A DNA stretch of 64,000 bases, from the NCBI GenBank assembly GCA_965209155.1, contig OZ242383.1, forward strand, positions 2,144,001-2,208,000, read 5' to 3'. Both the position numbers and the translations under genes were made by a program. The notes under the pieces were generated by a model. It ran no database searches. It was not told the origin of the DNA and saw only the letters and a list, made by a program, of their open reading frames with translations. The number at the start of each line of letters is the position of its first letter. Within the stretch, counting starts at the first letter, position 1. Positions 1-9,769 of the stretch are shown here, one piece after another. This DNA comes from a bacterium. GTDB taxonomy: Bacteria; SAR324; NAC60-12.

Positions 1-514
1 AACCTTTCAAAATTAGATAGTCCCCTTCTAGAGTGTTGGTGTCGATCCTCAGCTTTGACAGGCAAGTAGGATGAAATTCTTCACAAAGCGCTGATGGTTT
101 TTGAACCTTCTCAACTCAATCACTCCTGAGCGAGCTCAAGCAACTTTTTGCGAAAGCTGCTTATTTTGAGTATGCATCACTCCTTGAAATGATTTGCTCT
201 GAATCCCCTGCTTTTCGTTCCGGGAAGGGCAAGATTGCCTCATATTTTCAAGGACTGACACAGAGAGCAGCGAGGATCAAGTCAAGGATAAGACAAGCAC
301 TCGCCACTGAGGAATTAAGGTGAGCAAAAATAAATCGATTGACCTCCTCTAAATATTGTTATATAGAGAGAATACTGAAGGGGATCATGAAATCAACCAG
401 GATTTTGCCATCATCGTTCTTTTGTGATAGTTCTCACGAAAACGCCTTGGGCGGAAGGTTTTATTTCAATGTCGCTCCTATTGATCCGAAATTCATGTCA
501 AACCACATATCATC

Positions 515-1036
515 CCAAGAGGATTTTTAGAAACGGTCAACGGGGAATGGAAAAGTGCCAAAAATGTTGACTTCCGGATCTCAATATGAAAAAGTATTTT
601 CGTTGATCATCAGAAGACACTCATGATTGAGTCGCCCTGTTCAAAAAAAATCTTGATACATTTGCAGAGCGATTATACTATTTCCAGATATGAGAAAAAT
701 TTGCTTTAAATGACTAATCAGATCTGTCTTAAAAAAAATGTTGATTTTTTTCTGGATATAAAATATTTTCTCTTACCAAGAGGATTTTTAGAAACGGTCA
801 ACGGGGAATGGAAAAGTGCCAAAAATGTTGACTTCCGGATCTCAATATGAAAAAGTATTTTCGTTGATCATCAGAAGACACTCATGATTGAGTCGCCCTG
901 TTCAAAAAAAATCTTGATACATTTGCAGAGCGATTATACTATTTCCAGATATGAGAAAAATTTGCTTTAAATGACTAATCAGATCTGTCTTAAAAAAAAT
1001 GTTGATTTTTTTCTGGATATAAAATATTTTCTCTTA
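515..1036. repeat. Exact tandem duplication of a 261-bp AT-rich non-coding segment (515-775, 776-1036)
   Basis: Both copies run from CCAAGAGGATTTTTAG to ATTTTCTCTTA; no differences seen by eye. Confidence 0.95.
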
Positions 1037-1128
1037 AAGAGTCGCTGTCGCGAATTGGCTTTTCGCTGTCAGCTATCAATCAGGATGACATGAAAGTCTG
1101 AAATTAACCCGTCAAATATAAAAATAGC

Positions 1129-1157
1129 TTGACAAAAGGTTAATATGAGAGTATCAT
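1129..1157 (+). promoter_or_regulatory. sigma70 promoter upstream of ABC cluster 1
   Basis: TTGACA(1129-1134)-17 bp-TATCAT(1152-1157). Confidence 0.75.
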
Positions 1158-1162
1158 TCAAT

Positions 1163-1258
1163 CACCCGGCACCCGGCACCCGGCACCCGGCACCCGGCAC
1201 CCGGCACCCGGCACCCGGCACCCGGCACCCGGCACCCGGCACCCGGCACCCGGCACCC
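1163..1258. repeat. Heptamer tandem repeat (CACCCGG)13 plus partial unit
   Basis: 13 perfect units 1163-1253, then CACCC. Confidence 0.97.
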
Positions 1259-1490
1259 ACGTTCTAAATCCCAAGTCCCCAGTTCATTTGGTTGTCCCCC
1301 CTTATCTCATCTCGACCTCAGGGAGAGATCCTTAAGTTACCCCTCATTCATTTCAGCCAATGGAAATGCCTCAAGAGCATTGAAAGCTCATGGTTCATGC
1401 CCCCATCCTGGAGCCAATGAATCGGTTTTTTTGATAGTGTAATATTCATGGTGAATATTGCTTTTTTAACTATTTATATTAGAGGTAAAA

Positions 1491-3398
1491 ATGAAAACAA
1501 TATTTAGAAGTATCGTCGAGAATGTGCTTTCAGGAACGAAAGCAGGTTTTAAAGCAATCCTTAATTTTGTTTTTAATCATAAAAAAGTAAGGAAAAAAAT
1601 GGATCATCAAAAAAGCAAATCAACCTTCAATGCAATCCTGCTGTCCCTCCTCACCCTGATGGTGGCTGCCTTTTGGGTCAGTCCGGCCGTGGCTGCCGAG
1701 AAAAAGATGGTCACAGATCCCACCACTGGTAAAATGGTGACGGCACCTGAGTACGGCGGAACAATCACCTATCCCTACATATCAAAGGGCGATACTACGG
1801 ACCCCTTTATTACTGGCCCCTATGTGCAGTTCATCATTAGTGGCGTTAATGAGCAGCTCGCCTGGGCGGACTGGGGAATAGATAGGGACGTATGGGAATT
1901 TTCATCCGGGTTCCACTTTAGAGGACCTGCCCTGACAGGGATGCTGGCGGAACGGTGGTTTACCCCCGACCCAACCACGTTCATCTTCCATATCCGCAAG
2001 GGCGTTCACTGGCATGATAAGCCACCGGTATCCGGGCGCGAGCTGACTGCCGATGATGTCGCCTATACCTATCAGCGTATGTTGGTTCTGGGTGAGTTCA
2101 CCGAACGTCCCCAGCAAACTCCCAGATTGAGCAACCTGCCCTGGGAATCGATAGAGGCCACCGGCAAATATACGGTTGTTTTCAAGCTGAAGGAACCAGT
2201 GCTCGGTGCGCTGAGGACTATCCTCAGCGAGGCACTGGTTTGGATATTACCCCCCGAGGTAATCGAGCAACACGGCAACTATGCGGATTGGCGGAACGTG
2301 GTCGGCACCGGACCCCTGATGCTGACTGACTATGTCGAAGACGTCTCTAAAACCTATGTCAAGAATCCTGACTACTGGGGCTACGACCCAAAATACCCCG
2401 AGAACCGCCTGCCCTATATTGACCAGTTAAGGGCCCTGTATATGCCGGAAGAAGCAGCACGTGTATCGGCACTACGCACGGGTAAGGTTGATATAGTACA
2501 TGCCGCCGGCGGTGGCACTACTCTGGTAAACCGCGACTTAGTAACGAGCCTCCAGCGGACCAACCCCGAAGTCCAGGTGACCACTGGTTTCTCAAGCGCG
2601 CTCGGGACTTTTCTTCTGAACATGCGCAAGCCGCCCTTTGACGACGTCAGGGTGCGCCACGCCATGCAGATGGCAATCGACCTCGAGACGATTAACAAGA
2701 CCTACTTTGGCGGTCTCGCAAAGTGGGAACCCATGGGGACGATTGGGTATGTCTTCCCGGAGTTGCAAACCAAATTCGAAGACTATCCCGAAGAGGTCAA
2801 GCAATACTATCGGTATGACCCGGAAGGGGCTGAGAAGCTCCTGGATGAGGCGGGATATCCGCGCGGTGCGGATGGCGTTCGATTCAAGGTCACCCATGAC
2901 CACCGCTACCCCAACTATGATTTGGGCTATGCAGAAATAGCTGCCGGCTACTGGGCAGAGATTGGCGTTAAGGTAACGATTCAGAAACATGACACGGCCA
3001 CTTGGGTCGGTCTTCTAGGAGATCATGATTATGAAATGGGCTCCGGCAGCTCGGGCTTTCTTCACTCCCCAACATTTGGGGTAGAATGGTATCGCCATGA
3101 AGGCTCATTTCAACGCGAATTTATATCCGGAATCGAGACCCCTGAGCTGAACGCCGCTGCTGATGCCTTTTTCGCCGCTATCACCGAGGAGGAGCAGAAG
3201 AAGCCACTTAAAGATTTTGATATGCTCTTAATAAAGCAGCACAATCTGATATGGACTCCTATGGCTCCAGTATATAACCTGAACCAGCCGTGGGTCAAAG
3301 GTTTTAGCGGTGAGTGGGGCATGGGATTTGGGGCATTACATTGGGTCCTCATCCACCTTTGGATTGACCAGGATCTGAAGGAAGAAATGGGATTCTAG
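1491..3398 (+). CDS. Peptide/nickel ABC transporter substrate-binding protein (family 5); alternative start at 1599
   Basis: Signal peptide ...FWVSPAVAA, APEYGG, GTGP, PFDDVRVRHAM, LLDEAGY motifs. Confidence 0.92.
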   Translation: MKTIFRSIVENVLSGTKAGFKAILNFVFNHKKVRKKMDHQKSKSTFNAILLSLLTLMVAAFWVSPAVAAEKKMVTDPTTGKMVTAPEYGGTITYPYISKGDTTDPFITGPYVQFIISGVNEQLAWADWGIDRDVWEFSSGFHFRGPALTGMLAERWFTPDPTTFIFHIRKGVHWHDKPPVSGRELTADDVAYTYQRMLVLGEFTERPQQTPRLSNLPWESIEATGKYTVVFKLKEPVLGALRTILSEALVWILPPEVIEQHGNYADWRNVVGTGPLMLTDYVEDVSKTYVKNPDYWGYDPKYPENRLPYIDQLRALYMPEEAARVSALRTGKVDIVHAAGGGTTLVNRDLVTSLQRTNPEVQVTTGFSSALGTFLLNMRKPPFDDVRVRHAMQMAIDLETINKTYFGGLAKWEPMGTIGYVFPELQTKFEDYPEEVKQYYRYDPEGAEKLLDEAGYPRGADGVRFKVTHDHRYPNYDLGYAEIAAGYWAEIGVKVTIQKHDTATWVGLLGDHDYEMGSGSSGFLHSPTFGVEWYRHEGSFQREFISGIETPELNAAADAFFAAITEEEQKKPLKDFDMLLIKQHNLIWTPMAPVYNLNQPWVKGFSGEWGMGFGALHWVLIHLWIDQDLKEEMGF

Positions 3399-3606
3399 CC
3401 GGTCACTGGATCCGAGCCCGAATCAGCATGAGCCACCCCCTCTCCCATCCGCAATCCGGGTGGGAGGAATTCTTGGCATGTAATGGGGCAGGCTTTTCGG
3501 CGGAATGACGGAAGCCTGCTCCGCACCTGATACGGGGTTGGGATATGTCCTGCAATGACAAAAGAGGTTTGGCAATGACGGGTAGAAGTGAAATAAGGTG
3601 TGTCAC

Positions 3607-4620
3607 ATGAGAGCCTATCTCATCAGGAGATTATTGCTGATCATTCCCACCCTGTTTATCTTGACCATCCTGGTCTTCCTCTCGGTGCGCTTCATCCCCG
3701 GCGATGTCATAGACTTAATGGTGGCCAGAAATTTAGGTCCGGATTCGGGATTTGGTGGCAAGATTGACCGTGAAGCTCTGGAGCGTTTGCTGGGACTGGA
3801 CGTGCCGGTCTGGGTGCAGTATGGACGCTGGATAGGAGTGTTGCCGACCCCTGACTGGGTTAGCGGGGAGTCCCATTTGAAAGGGCTCCTCCAGGGCACC
3901 CTCGGCGACTCACTGATGGGCGGCCTTTGGACGGTAGAGGAGAAGATCATAGAGAGATTGCCGGTCACCATTGAGCTGGGGGTCATGGCCATCTTAATCG
4001 GGCTGGTGATCGCCCTGCCGATCGGCATCTACTCGGCGATTCGCCAGGATACGGCCGCCGACTACCTGGGGCGCTCCATCGCTATCATCGGCCTGGCCAC
4101 GCCTAATTTCTGGCTGGCCCTTCTCGTCATGATCTACCCGGCCATCTGGTGGAGATGGTCGCCCCCGATGGAGTGGGTTCCATTCAGCGAAGACCCGCTG
4201 GGGAATCTCGGCATGCTCCTCATTCCCAGCCTGATTCTGGGGACGGCTGCTTCTTGCGAGACCATGCGGCTGACGCGCACCATGATGCTGGAGGTCTTAA
4301 GGCAGGACTATATCCGCACCGCCTGGTCCAAAGGTCTCAAGGAGCGGGTCGTGATTATCCGGCACACCATCAAAAATGCCCTCATCCCGGTGGTCTCCCT
4401 GATCGGCATGCAGTTGCCGATCGTGGTCGGGGGCGCGGTGATCATGGAGAACGTATTCATGCTGCCGGGGCTCGGTCGTCTCATGGTGGATGCGCTCAAT
4501 GACAGAGACTACCCGGTGATCTCCGGAATAAACCTGTTTTTCGGCGTCGTCGTGATGGGAAGCAATCTCCTCATCGACCTGATTTATCCCTATTTGGACC
4601 CCAGGGTGAGGTATGAATAG
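3607..4620 (+). CDS. Peptide/nickel ABC permease (DppB/OppB-like)
   Basis: MRAYLIRRLL start, DYIRTAWSKG EAA loop, LDPR end. Confidence 0.92.
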   Translation: MRAYLIRRLLLIIPTLFILTILVFLSVRFIPGDVIDLMVARNLGPDSGFGGKIDREALERLLGLDVPVWVQYGRWIGVLPTPDWVSGESHLKGLLQGTLGDSLMGGLWTVEEKIIERLPVTIELGVMAILIGLVIALPIGIYSAIRQDTAADYLGRSIAIIGLATPNFWLALLVMIYPAIWWRWSPPMEWVPFSEDPLGNLGMLLIPSLILGTAASCETMRLTRTMMLEVLRQDYIRTAWSKGLKERVVIIRHTIKNALIPVVSLIGMQLPIVVGGAVIMENVFMLPGLGRLMVDALNDRDYPVISGINLFFGVVVMGSNLLIDLIYPYLDPRVRYE

Positions 4621-4667
4621 TCGCTGGCGCGGAAGGTATGAGGAGTTGGGTTTAACAGACAAGAAAA

Positions 4668-4741
4668 CGGTAGGGGCGGGTCACGTCCCGGCCAAGGGGA
4701 GCGGTGCGTTTTTCAGGCCGGGACGTCACTCGGCCCTACCG
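4668..4741. repeat. REP-like inverted doublet (GTAG type)
   Basis: CGGTAGGGGCGGGTCACGTCCCGGCC ... GGCCGGGACGTCACTCGGCCCTACCG. Confidence 0.7.
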
Positions 4742-4758
4742 ATAGAGAAATCGGGATC

Positions 4759-5724
4759 ATGAGCAACACCACAGAGAGACCAACCAAAATAATCGAACCC
4801 AAGCGACGGGGCCGGCTGGCTGCATTCTGTATCAGGCTTCTCAGGGAGAAGCCTCTGGGGACGGCCTGCGGGATAATCCTATTGCTCTTGATTCTGGTGG
4901 CGATCTTCGCCGAGGCTCTGGCTCCTTATCCTTATATGAAAATAAATATGATAGAGAGGATGCAGGGCCCATCCGTCCGGCATCTGCTGGGTACCGACTT
5001 CGCGGGGCGAGACTTATTGAGCCGCTTGATCCACGGGGCTCGTCTTTCCTTAGCGGTCGGTCTGGCAGCGACGAGCATTAATGTGGTGGTCGCGGTCCTG
5101 ATCGGCGGCATTTCCGGATTTCTGGGCGGCAAAGTGGACCTGGCCCTGCAGCGCTTTGTCGATGCCTGGATGGCCTTTCCGGGACTGCTGCTCTTGTTAA
5201 CGATCATGTCCATCGTCGGCCAGGGTCTCCTCCAGATCATCGTCGTGCTGGGAGTCGCCGGCGGCATCGGCGGTTCCCGAATCATGCGAGGCGCGGTGAT
5301 CGGCATCAAAGAGAATGACTATTTTCTGGCCGCCCGGGCGGTGGGCACCTCGACAAGCCAAATCCTGATCCGCCATGTCCTGCCCAATATCATGGCACCG
5401 ATCATCATTGTCTTCTCGATCAACATCGGGGGGGTGATTATGGCTGAGGCTTCTCTGAGCTTCCTGGGATTCGGTCTGCCCGTCGAGTTTCCCAGCTGGG
5501 GCGGGATGCTCAGCCGGGAAGGACGTCTCTACATGGAGATGGCGCCACGGCTGGCGCTCTGGCCTGGGCTTTGCTTGACGATTGTCGTTTACTCCCTCAA
5601 CATGTTCGGCGACGCCCTCAGGGACCTGCTCGATCCCCGGATGCGGGGCGGTCAAGGTAGTTACGGCGCCGCAAAGAAACGCAATCGAGGTTTCCTCGCC
5701 CGGCTGATCAATCCCTTCAAATAG
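4759..5724 (+). CDS. Peptide/nickel ABC permease (DppC/OppC-like)
   Basis: HLLGTDxxGRD, RHVLPN, EASLSFLGFG, PSWGGML, GDALRDLLDPR. Confidence 0.92.
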   Translation: MSNTTERPTKIIEPKRRGRLAAFCIRLLREKPLGTACGIILLLLILVAIFAEALAPYPYMKINMIERMQGPSVRHLLGTDFAGRDLLSRLIHGARLSLAVGLAATSINVVVAVLIGGISGFLGGKVDLALQRFVDAWMAFPGLLLLLTIMSIVGQGLLQIIVVLGVAGGIGGSRIMRGAVIGIKENDYFLAARAVGTSTSQILIRHVLPNIMAPIIIVFSINIGGVIMAEASLSFLGFGLPVEFPSWGGMLSREGRLYMEMAPRLALWPGLCLTIVVYSLNMFGDALRDLLDPRMRGGQGSYGAAKKRNRGFLARLINPFK

Positions 5725-5761
5725 TAAGCACACAAAAATTGTCCTGGTGCATACTGATCGG

Positions 5762-6232
5762 TTATTCCGTATATCTCTGAAGCCATTCCAACAAATAGTC
5801 TTCAACCAGAGATTGACAAATATTTTCTTTGACGACAATTCCGGATATACGCAACTGGTGGGTGCCCTTACCTTGGACTTTAGGATGAGGATCCCGAATT
5901 CCAATGACAACACGTTTGATCCCATTACGGATGATAGCTGAGGTACAGGGAGGGGTTCGACCAAAAAATGTACAAGGTTCCACAGTGGTATAAAGCGTTG
6001 CTCCAGAAACCGAGCGCTGCTTTTGTTCAGCATCGAGTAAAGCGCTGATTTCTGCATGGGCTCCTCCTGGTGGCTGTGTTTTTCCTTCACCCAGGACGAT
6101 ACCTTCCTTTACAATTACGCAGCCCACATAAGGATTGTCTCCAGTCGTCCCCTTGGCTTGCATTCCCAATTCAATCGCCTGTTTCATAAAGATTTCATCT
6201 TGGGCTTCTTGGGAATTCAGAGGGTTTTTCAC
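5762..6232 (-). CDS. Stand-alone RibD-type Zn deaminase (no reductase domain)
   Basis: NPYVGCVIV, HAE, EPC..GRTPPC; ends after the deaminase domain. Confidence 0.8.
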   Translation of the reverse strand: MKNPLNSQEAQDEIFMKQAIELGMQAKGTTGDNPYVGCVIVKEGIVLGEGKTQPPGGAHAEISALLDAEQKQRSVSGATLYTTVEPCTFFGRTPPCTSAIIRNGIKRVVIGIRDPHPKVQGKGTHQLRISGIVVKENICQSLVEDYLLEWLQRYTE

Positions 6233-6315
6233 AAGCAGACTCTATTCTTTAAAGAACGGGATTGAGTGCTGGATGGTGGTATATTTTCAATTGTCGATAG
6301 ACTTTAAAATCGGTT

Positions 6316-7326
6316 TTATGGGAAAAAACTGTTTTGTCGTAGAGAACGGCTGGGAAGTAAAGGTTCGATCATCCAACATAGGATCGCTGCCAGAACAAAC
6401 CATTGGAATTGCTCATTCCACAAACGTCGACGAGTTTTTTGCAACTCGTTACGCTGCAAATTTTCCCGTATGTCTTGTAGATATATCTTTTCCAAATCCA
6501 AATCGCCGGTCACCGACTGCGCATAACTACCACCAGTAGACAATGCCAGTTCTTTCAGTGCCGCTTCATTCAATTTGCTCATCACCAACTCTCCTTTCTT
6601 GTTCTTTAAAAACCCTCCTTGTAAATTTGGAATGGGAACACCTTCAGTTTTTCCGATGCCAATGACGAAGATTTTCACACCTGCTTCACGTGCTTGTTTC
6701 TCCACAATTTGCAACTCGCCAGAGTGGTCTTCTCCATCGGTGATTAAAATAATTGCTTTGGAATTTCGATGCGTGTCGGAAAATGCTTGCATAGAAGTTT
6801 GTAAAGCATGAGCTATGGCGGTCCCGGGCACCGGAATCAATTCCGTATCCAAAGTATCCAAAAAAATTTCGATGGCCTTATAATCCACGGTCAATGGACT
6901 TTGCGTAAAACCAATACCTGCAAATACAACCAATCCCACCCGATCTCCTTGTAACATACTCAGCAAGTCAATCACTTCCCGTTTGGCACGAGTGAGTCGA
7001 TTGGGACTGATATCCTCGGCCAGCATACTCCGGGAAACATCAACAGCCAGGATGATGTCAAACCCGCGGTGCTGCACTTCCTCCCATTGAAACCCCATTC
7101 GTGGTTGGGAGAGAGCAATGATCCCTAATGCCATTCCTCCTAAAAGCAGCAGTAACTTGAATCGTAAGTTGAGCACACTGGGAAAGGATAGCAGACATGG
7201 CCATAACATTTCATTTGCAAAACGACGCAACAGGTGTTTCTTTTGCTGTTGAGAATATATATGCATCCCCAGCATCAGCGGAATCAGAAACAATCCTAAT
7301 AGCAAATTGACATGTAGAAAATTCAT
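6316..7326 (-). CDS. VWA-domain membrane protein (BatB-like)
   Basis: N-terminal TM helices, DVSRSM MIDAS motif, ILITDGE, C-terminal TM helix. Confidence 0.85.
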   Translation of the reverse strand: MNFLHVNLLLGLFLIPLMLGMHIYSQQQKKHLLRRFANEMLWPCLLSFPSVLNLRFKLLLLLGGMALGIIALSQPRMGFQWEEVQHRGFDIILAVDVSRSMLAEDISPNRLTRAKREVIDLLSMLQGDRVGLVVFAGIGFTQSPLTVDYKAIEIFLDTLDTELIPVPGTAIAHALQTSMQAFSDTHRNSKAIILITDGEDHSGELQIVEKQAREAGVKIFVIGIGKTEGVPIPNLQGGFLKNKKGELVMSKLNEAALKELALSTGGSYAQSVTGDLDLEKIYLQDIRENLQRNELQKTRRRLWNEQFQWFVLAAILCWMIEPLLPSRSLRQNSFFP

Positions 7327-7415
7327 AAAACAAAGAGAACTGGCAATCCTCCCAAAAATCTGTTAGTCTGACAATATATCTCAAATTTACTTTTCAATCA
7401 ATCGAAGAAATCAAA

Positions 7416-7556
7416 ATGTCTCCCAAAAAGAAAACCAAATTGCAGCGTAAAAATAAGAGCCATGCCAATAAATCCAACACCAAAAAGCGTTTCAAGACCG
7501 CACGGGAAGTGGCCATGTTGCTCAAAAAACTGGAGCAGGAAGAAGCATCTGAATGA
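7416..7556 (+). CDS. Small basic protein, 46 aa (MSPKKKTKLQRKNKSHANK...EQEEASE); not in ORF track
   Basis: Translated by hand; its TGA overlaps the xth ATG (ATGA). Confidence 0.6.
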   Translation: MSPKKKTKLQRKNKSHANKSNTKKRFKTAREVAMLLKKLEQEEASE

Positions 7557-8611
7557 CTGCTATGTCTATCACCCGAACTAAACTGCTGGAGCACCTATCC
7601 CGTAGCACTCGTCTTAGCCATCTCAGGGCAAATATCGATATTGAATTTACCCTTGTTGTGAAAGAGCTTTACGACCTATGGCGAAACAACCGTGTTGAAG
7701 TGAAAAGAGATTGGGGAGATTCTCAGCAGAAAGCCAAGCCCATTCTTTATACAAACCGTGCTTGCTTTCTGCCCACAGACTGGATAGTTCTCGTTGAAAA
7801 AGCTCCTCAACAACAAACTATCAAAGTAGCCACCTGGAATGTCAACTCATTGCGTACGCGAATGCCTCTCGTATTGTCTTGGTTGGAAGAACAAAAACCG
7901 GACGTTGTCTGCTTGCAAGAGACCAAAGTTGAAGATCACGCTTTTCCGGTGCAGGAATTGGAATTGGCCGGTTATCGAGCTGTTTATTCGGGTCAAAAAT
8001 CTTACAATGGCGTCGCGATTCTTTCCAGATATCCCATTGAAGAAATACGGATAGGATTTTCTAATGGATATGACGCGGAAAACAAACGTTTGACGGCAGC
8101 CCGCATTCTTGGCGTGTGGAACATCAATGTTTATGTTCCACAGGGGGAATCCATTCTCTCACCAAAATTTACATACAAACTCGAGTTTTTGGAGGAGCTA
8201 TTGCAGGAATTGCAGAGTAACTACGACTCCGAAGATTTTCTTTTACTGGCAGGAGATATTAATATAGCCCCTGATGAGCGGGATTTGTCGAATCCGGAAG
8301 GTATGCAAGAACAAGTCAGTTTCCATCCAGAAGAACATTTATTCCTGGACAAGCTGAGAGGATTAAAATTCAACGACGTCTTTCGGCAATTTCATCAGGA
8401 AAAAGGCCGATTTTCATGGTGGGATTTTCGCACTCGTGGATTTGAAAAAGATGAAGGGATGCGGATTGACCACATCTGGGTTTCCCCTGGCCTGCTGACT
8501 CTCTGCCAATCCTGTACGATTGACGTCAATGCGCGTGAACAGCCAAAACCCTCGGACCACGCCCCAGTGATCACAGAATTCCAACTTCCAGACAGGTCCG
8601 CTGAGAACTAA
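7553..8611 (+). CDS. xth: Exodeoxyribonuclease III with an ~85-aa N-terminal extension
   Basis: ATWNVNS, LQETK, GDINIAP, RIDHI, SDHAPV. Confidence 0.92.
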   Translation: MTAMSITRTKLLEHLSRSTRLSHLRANIDIEFTLVVKELYDLWRNNRVEVKRDWGDSQQKAKPILYTNRACFLPTDWIVLVEKAPQQQTIKVATWNVNSLRTRMPLVLSWLEEQKPDVVCLQETKVEDHAFPVQELELAGYRAVYSGQKSYNGVAILSRYPIEEIRIGFSNGYDAENKRLTAARILGVWNINVYVPQGESILSPKFTYKLEFLEELLQELQSNYDSEDFLLLAGDINIAPDERDLSNPEGMQEQVSFHPEEHLFLDKLRGLKFNDVFRQFHQEKGRFSWWDFRTRGFEKDEGMRIDHIWVSPGLLTLCQSCTIDVNAREQPKPSDHAPVITEFQLPDRSAEN

Positions 8612-8628
8612 GTCACCACCCGTGATTT

Positions 8629-9024
8629 TCAGCTGGGCTGGATCTGACAGAGGGACATAAATTGTTCTTCGTCCAATTGAAAAACACCCGCGCCTTCAGT
8701 GGAAATCTCTACTCGTACTTCTGCATCGAACCCCAAAACGATATAGGTGTCATCGTATATTTGTAAAAAATAAAAAATGGTCAGGTCTTCCTGCATGTCT
8801 TCATAGTAGAAACCGATCCTGAGCAATCCCGAGTCAATCAGTTCTGTTAAGAAAGCCCGGTCGTTTCCTTGATATCCTGGCAGGTGTTCGAATGCTTCTT
8901 TATATGGAAAGGTATCAATGGCGTATTCGAGAAGCATTTCGTCTCCTTCACTTCCCAAGCACAATTCCACCCAATCACTTTGTACTTTCATAGATCTCTC
9001 CAGAGGATTTAAAATTGGCATCAA
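8629..9024 (-). CDS. Hypothetical acidic protein
   Basis: ORF co-oriented with nadD; no recognisable motif. Confidence 0.6.
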   Translation of the reverse strand: MMPILNPLERSMKVQSDWVELCLGSEGDEMLLEYAIDTFPYKEAFEHLPGYQGNDRAFLTELIDSGLLRIGFYYEDMQEDLTIFYFLQIYDDTYIVLGFDAEVRVEISTEGAGVFQLDEEQFMSLCQIQPS

Positions 9025-9068
9025 GATTTCAGTGTAAATCGAAGCAAAAAAATATCAACCTTTTTAGT

Positions 9069-9734
9069 TTAGTTACTTTTCTTCTGCATTTTTTTGAAGA
9101 AGTCGACATAAACGTGGCGTGCCATTGGTGGCAACCATTCGAGACCCGCATGACCGGATCGAATTTTTGTCGAAGAAATAGAGGGTGTGTCAAATTCGAG
9201 GTAGCGGACAATTTCGCGGCCTTGATAGTAAGCAGTTCGCTTTGAGGGGAACCAATTGATTCCTTCAAACCACCGTGTAAAAGGTGCTATGACAAAGGGT
9301 GCCGGAATTGAATTGCTTAAATCAGGGGAACCTGCGCGATTCACTACCCATAAAGAGGCTAATGTTAGAATCTCCCTGGCATTTTTCCATTGCGCAAACT
9401 CTTGAAACGTATCCCAGCCTAACACGAGGTGCCATATTACATCCGGGTGTTGCTTTTGAAGGTGTTTCAAAGTGTCGTAGGTGTATTGCACATGGCGTCT
9501 TTTGATTTCAAATTCACAAATCTTAACCCGCTCCCGATTTTGAAAAGTTTGCTGGATCATTTCCAAACGCAGAGGATTGGGCAGCAGGGGTTGTTGCAAT
9601 TTATAAGGAGAACGGCTGGTGGGCATGATCACAATTTGATCCAATTCCTGCTCTAACAACTGTTCGACAACAGCAACATGACCTTGGTGAATGGGATTGA
9701 AGCTCCCTCCAAATATAGCATAATGCAGAGGCAT
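9069..9734 (-). CDS. nadD: Nicotinate-nucleotide adenylyltransferase
   Basis: FGGSFNPIHQGH, YTYDTL, ISSTKIR. Confidence 0.93.
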   Translation of the reverse strand: MPLHYAIFGGSFNPIHQGHVAVVEQLLEQELDQIVIMPTSRSPYKLQQPLLPNPLRLEMIQQTFQNRERVKICEFEIKRRHVQYTYDTLKHLQKQHPDVIWHLVLGWDTFQEFAQWKNAREILTLASLWVVNRAGSPDLSNSIPAPFVIAPFTRWFEGINWFPSKRTAYYQGREIVRYLEFDTPSISSTKIRSGHAGLEWLPPMARHVYVDFFKKMQKKSN

Positions 9735-9769
9735 CTCTCTATTTAATTGCGGAGGCTCAAACTTTTGGC

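Noticed and set aside
1..514. Gene at the window start (ORF 339-530)
   Set aside because: TTG start, no motif, and it runs into the duplication; cannot be supported
1163..1258. CRISPR array
   Set aside because: Contiguous 7-mers with no spacers, and no cas genes in the window
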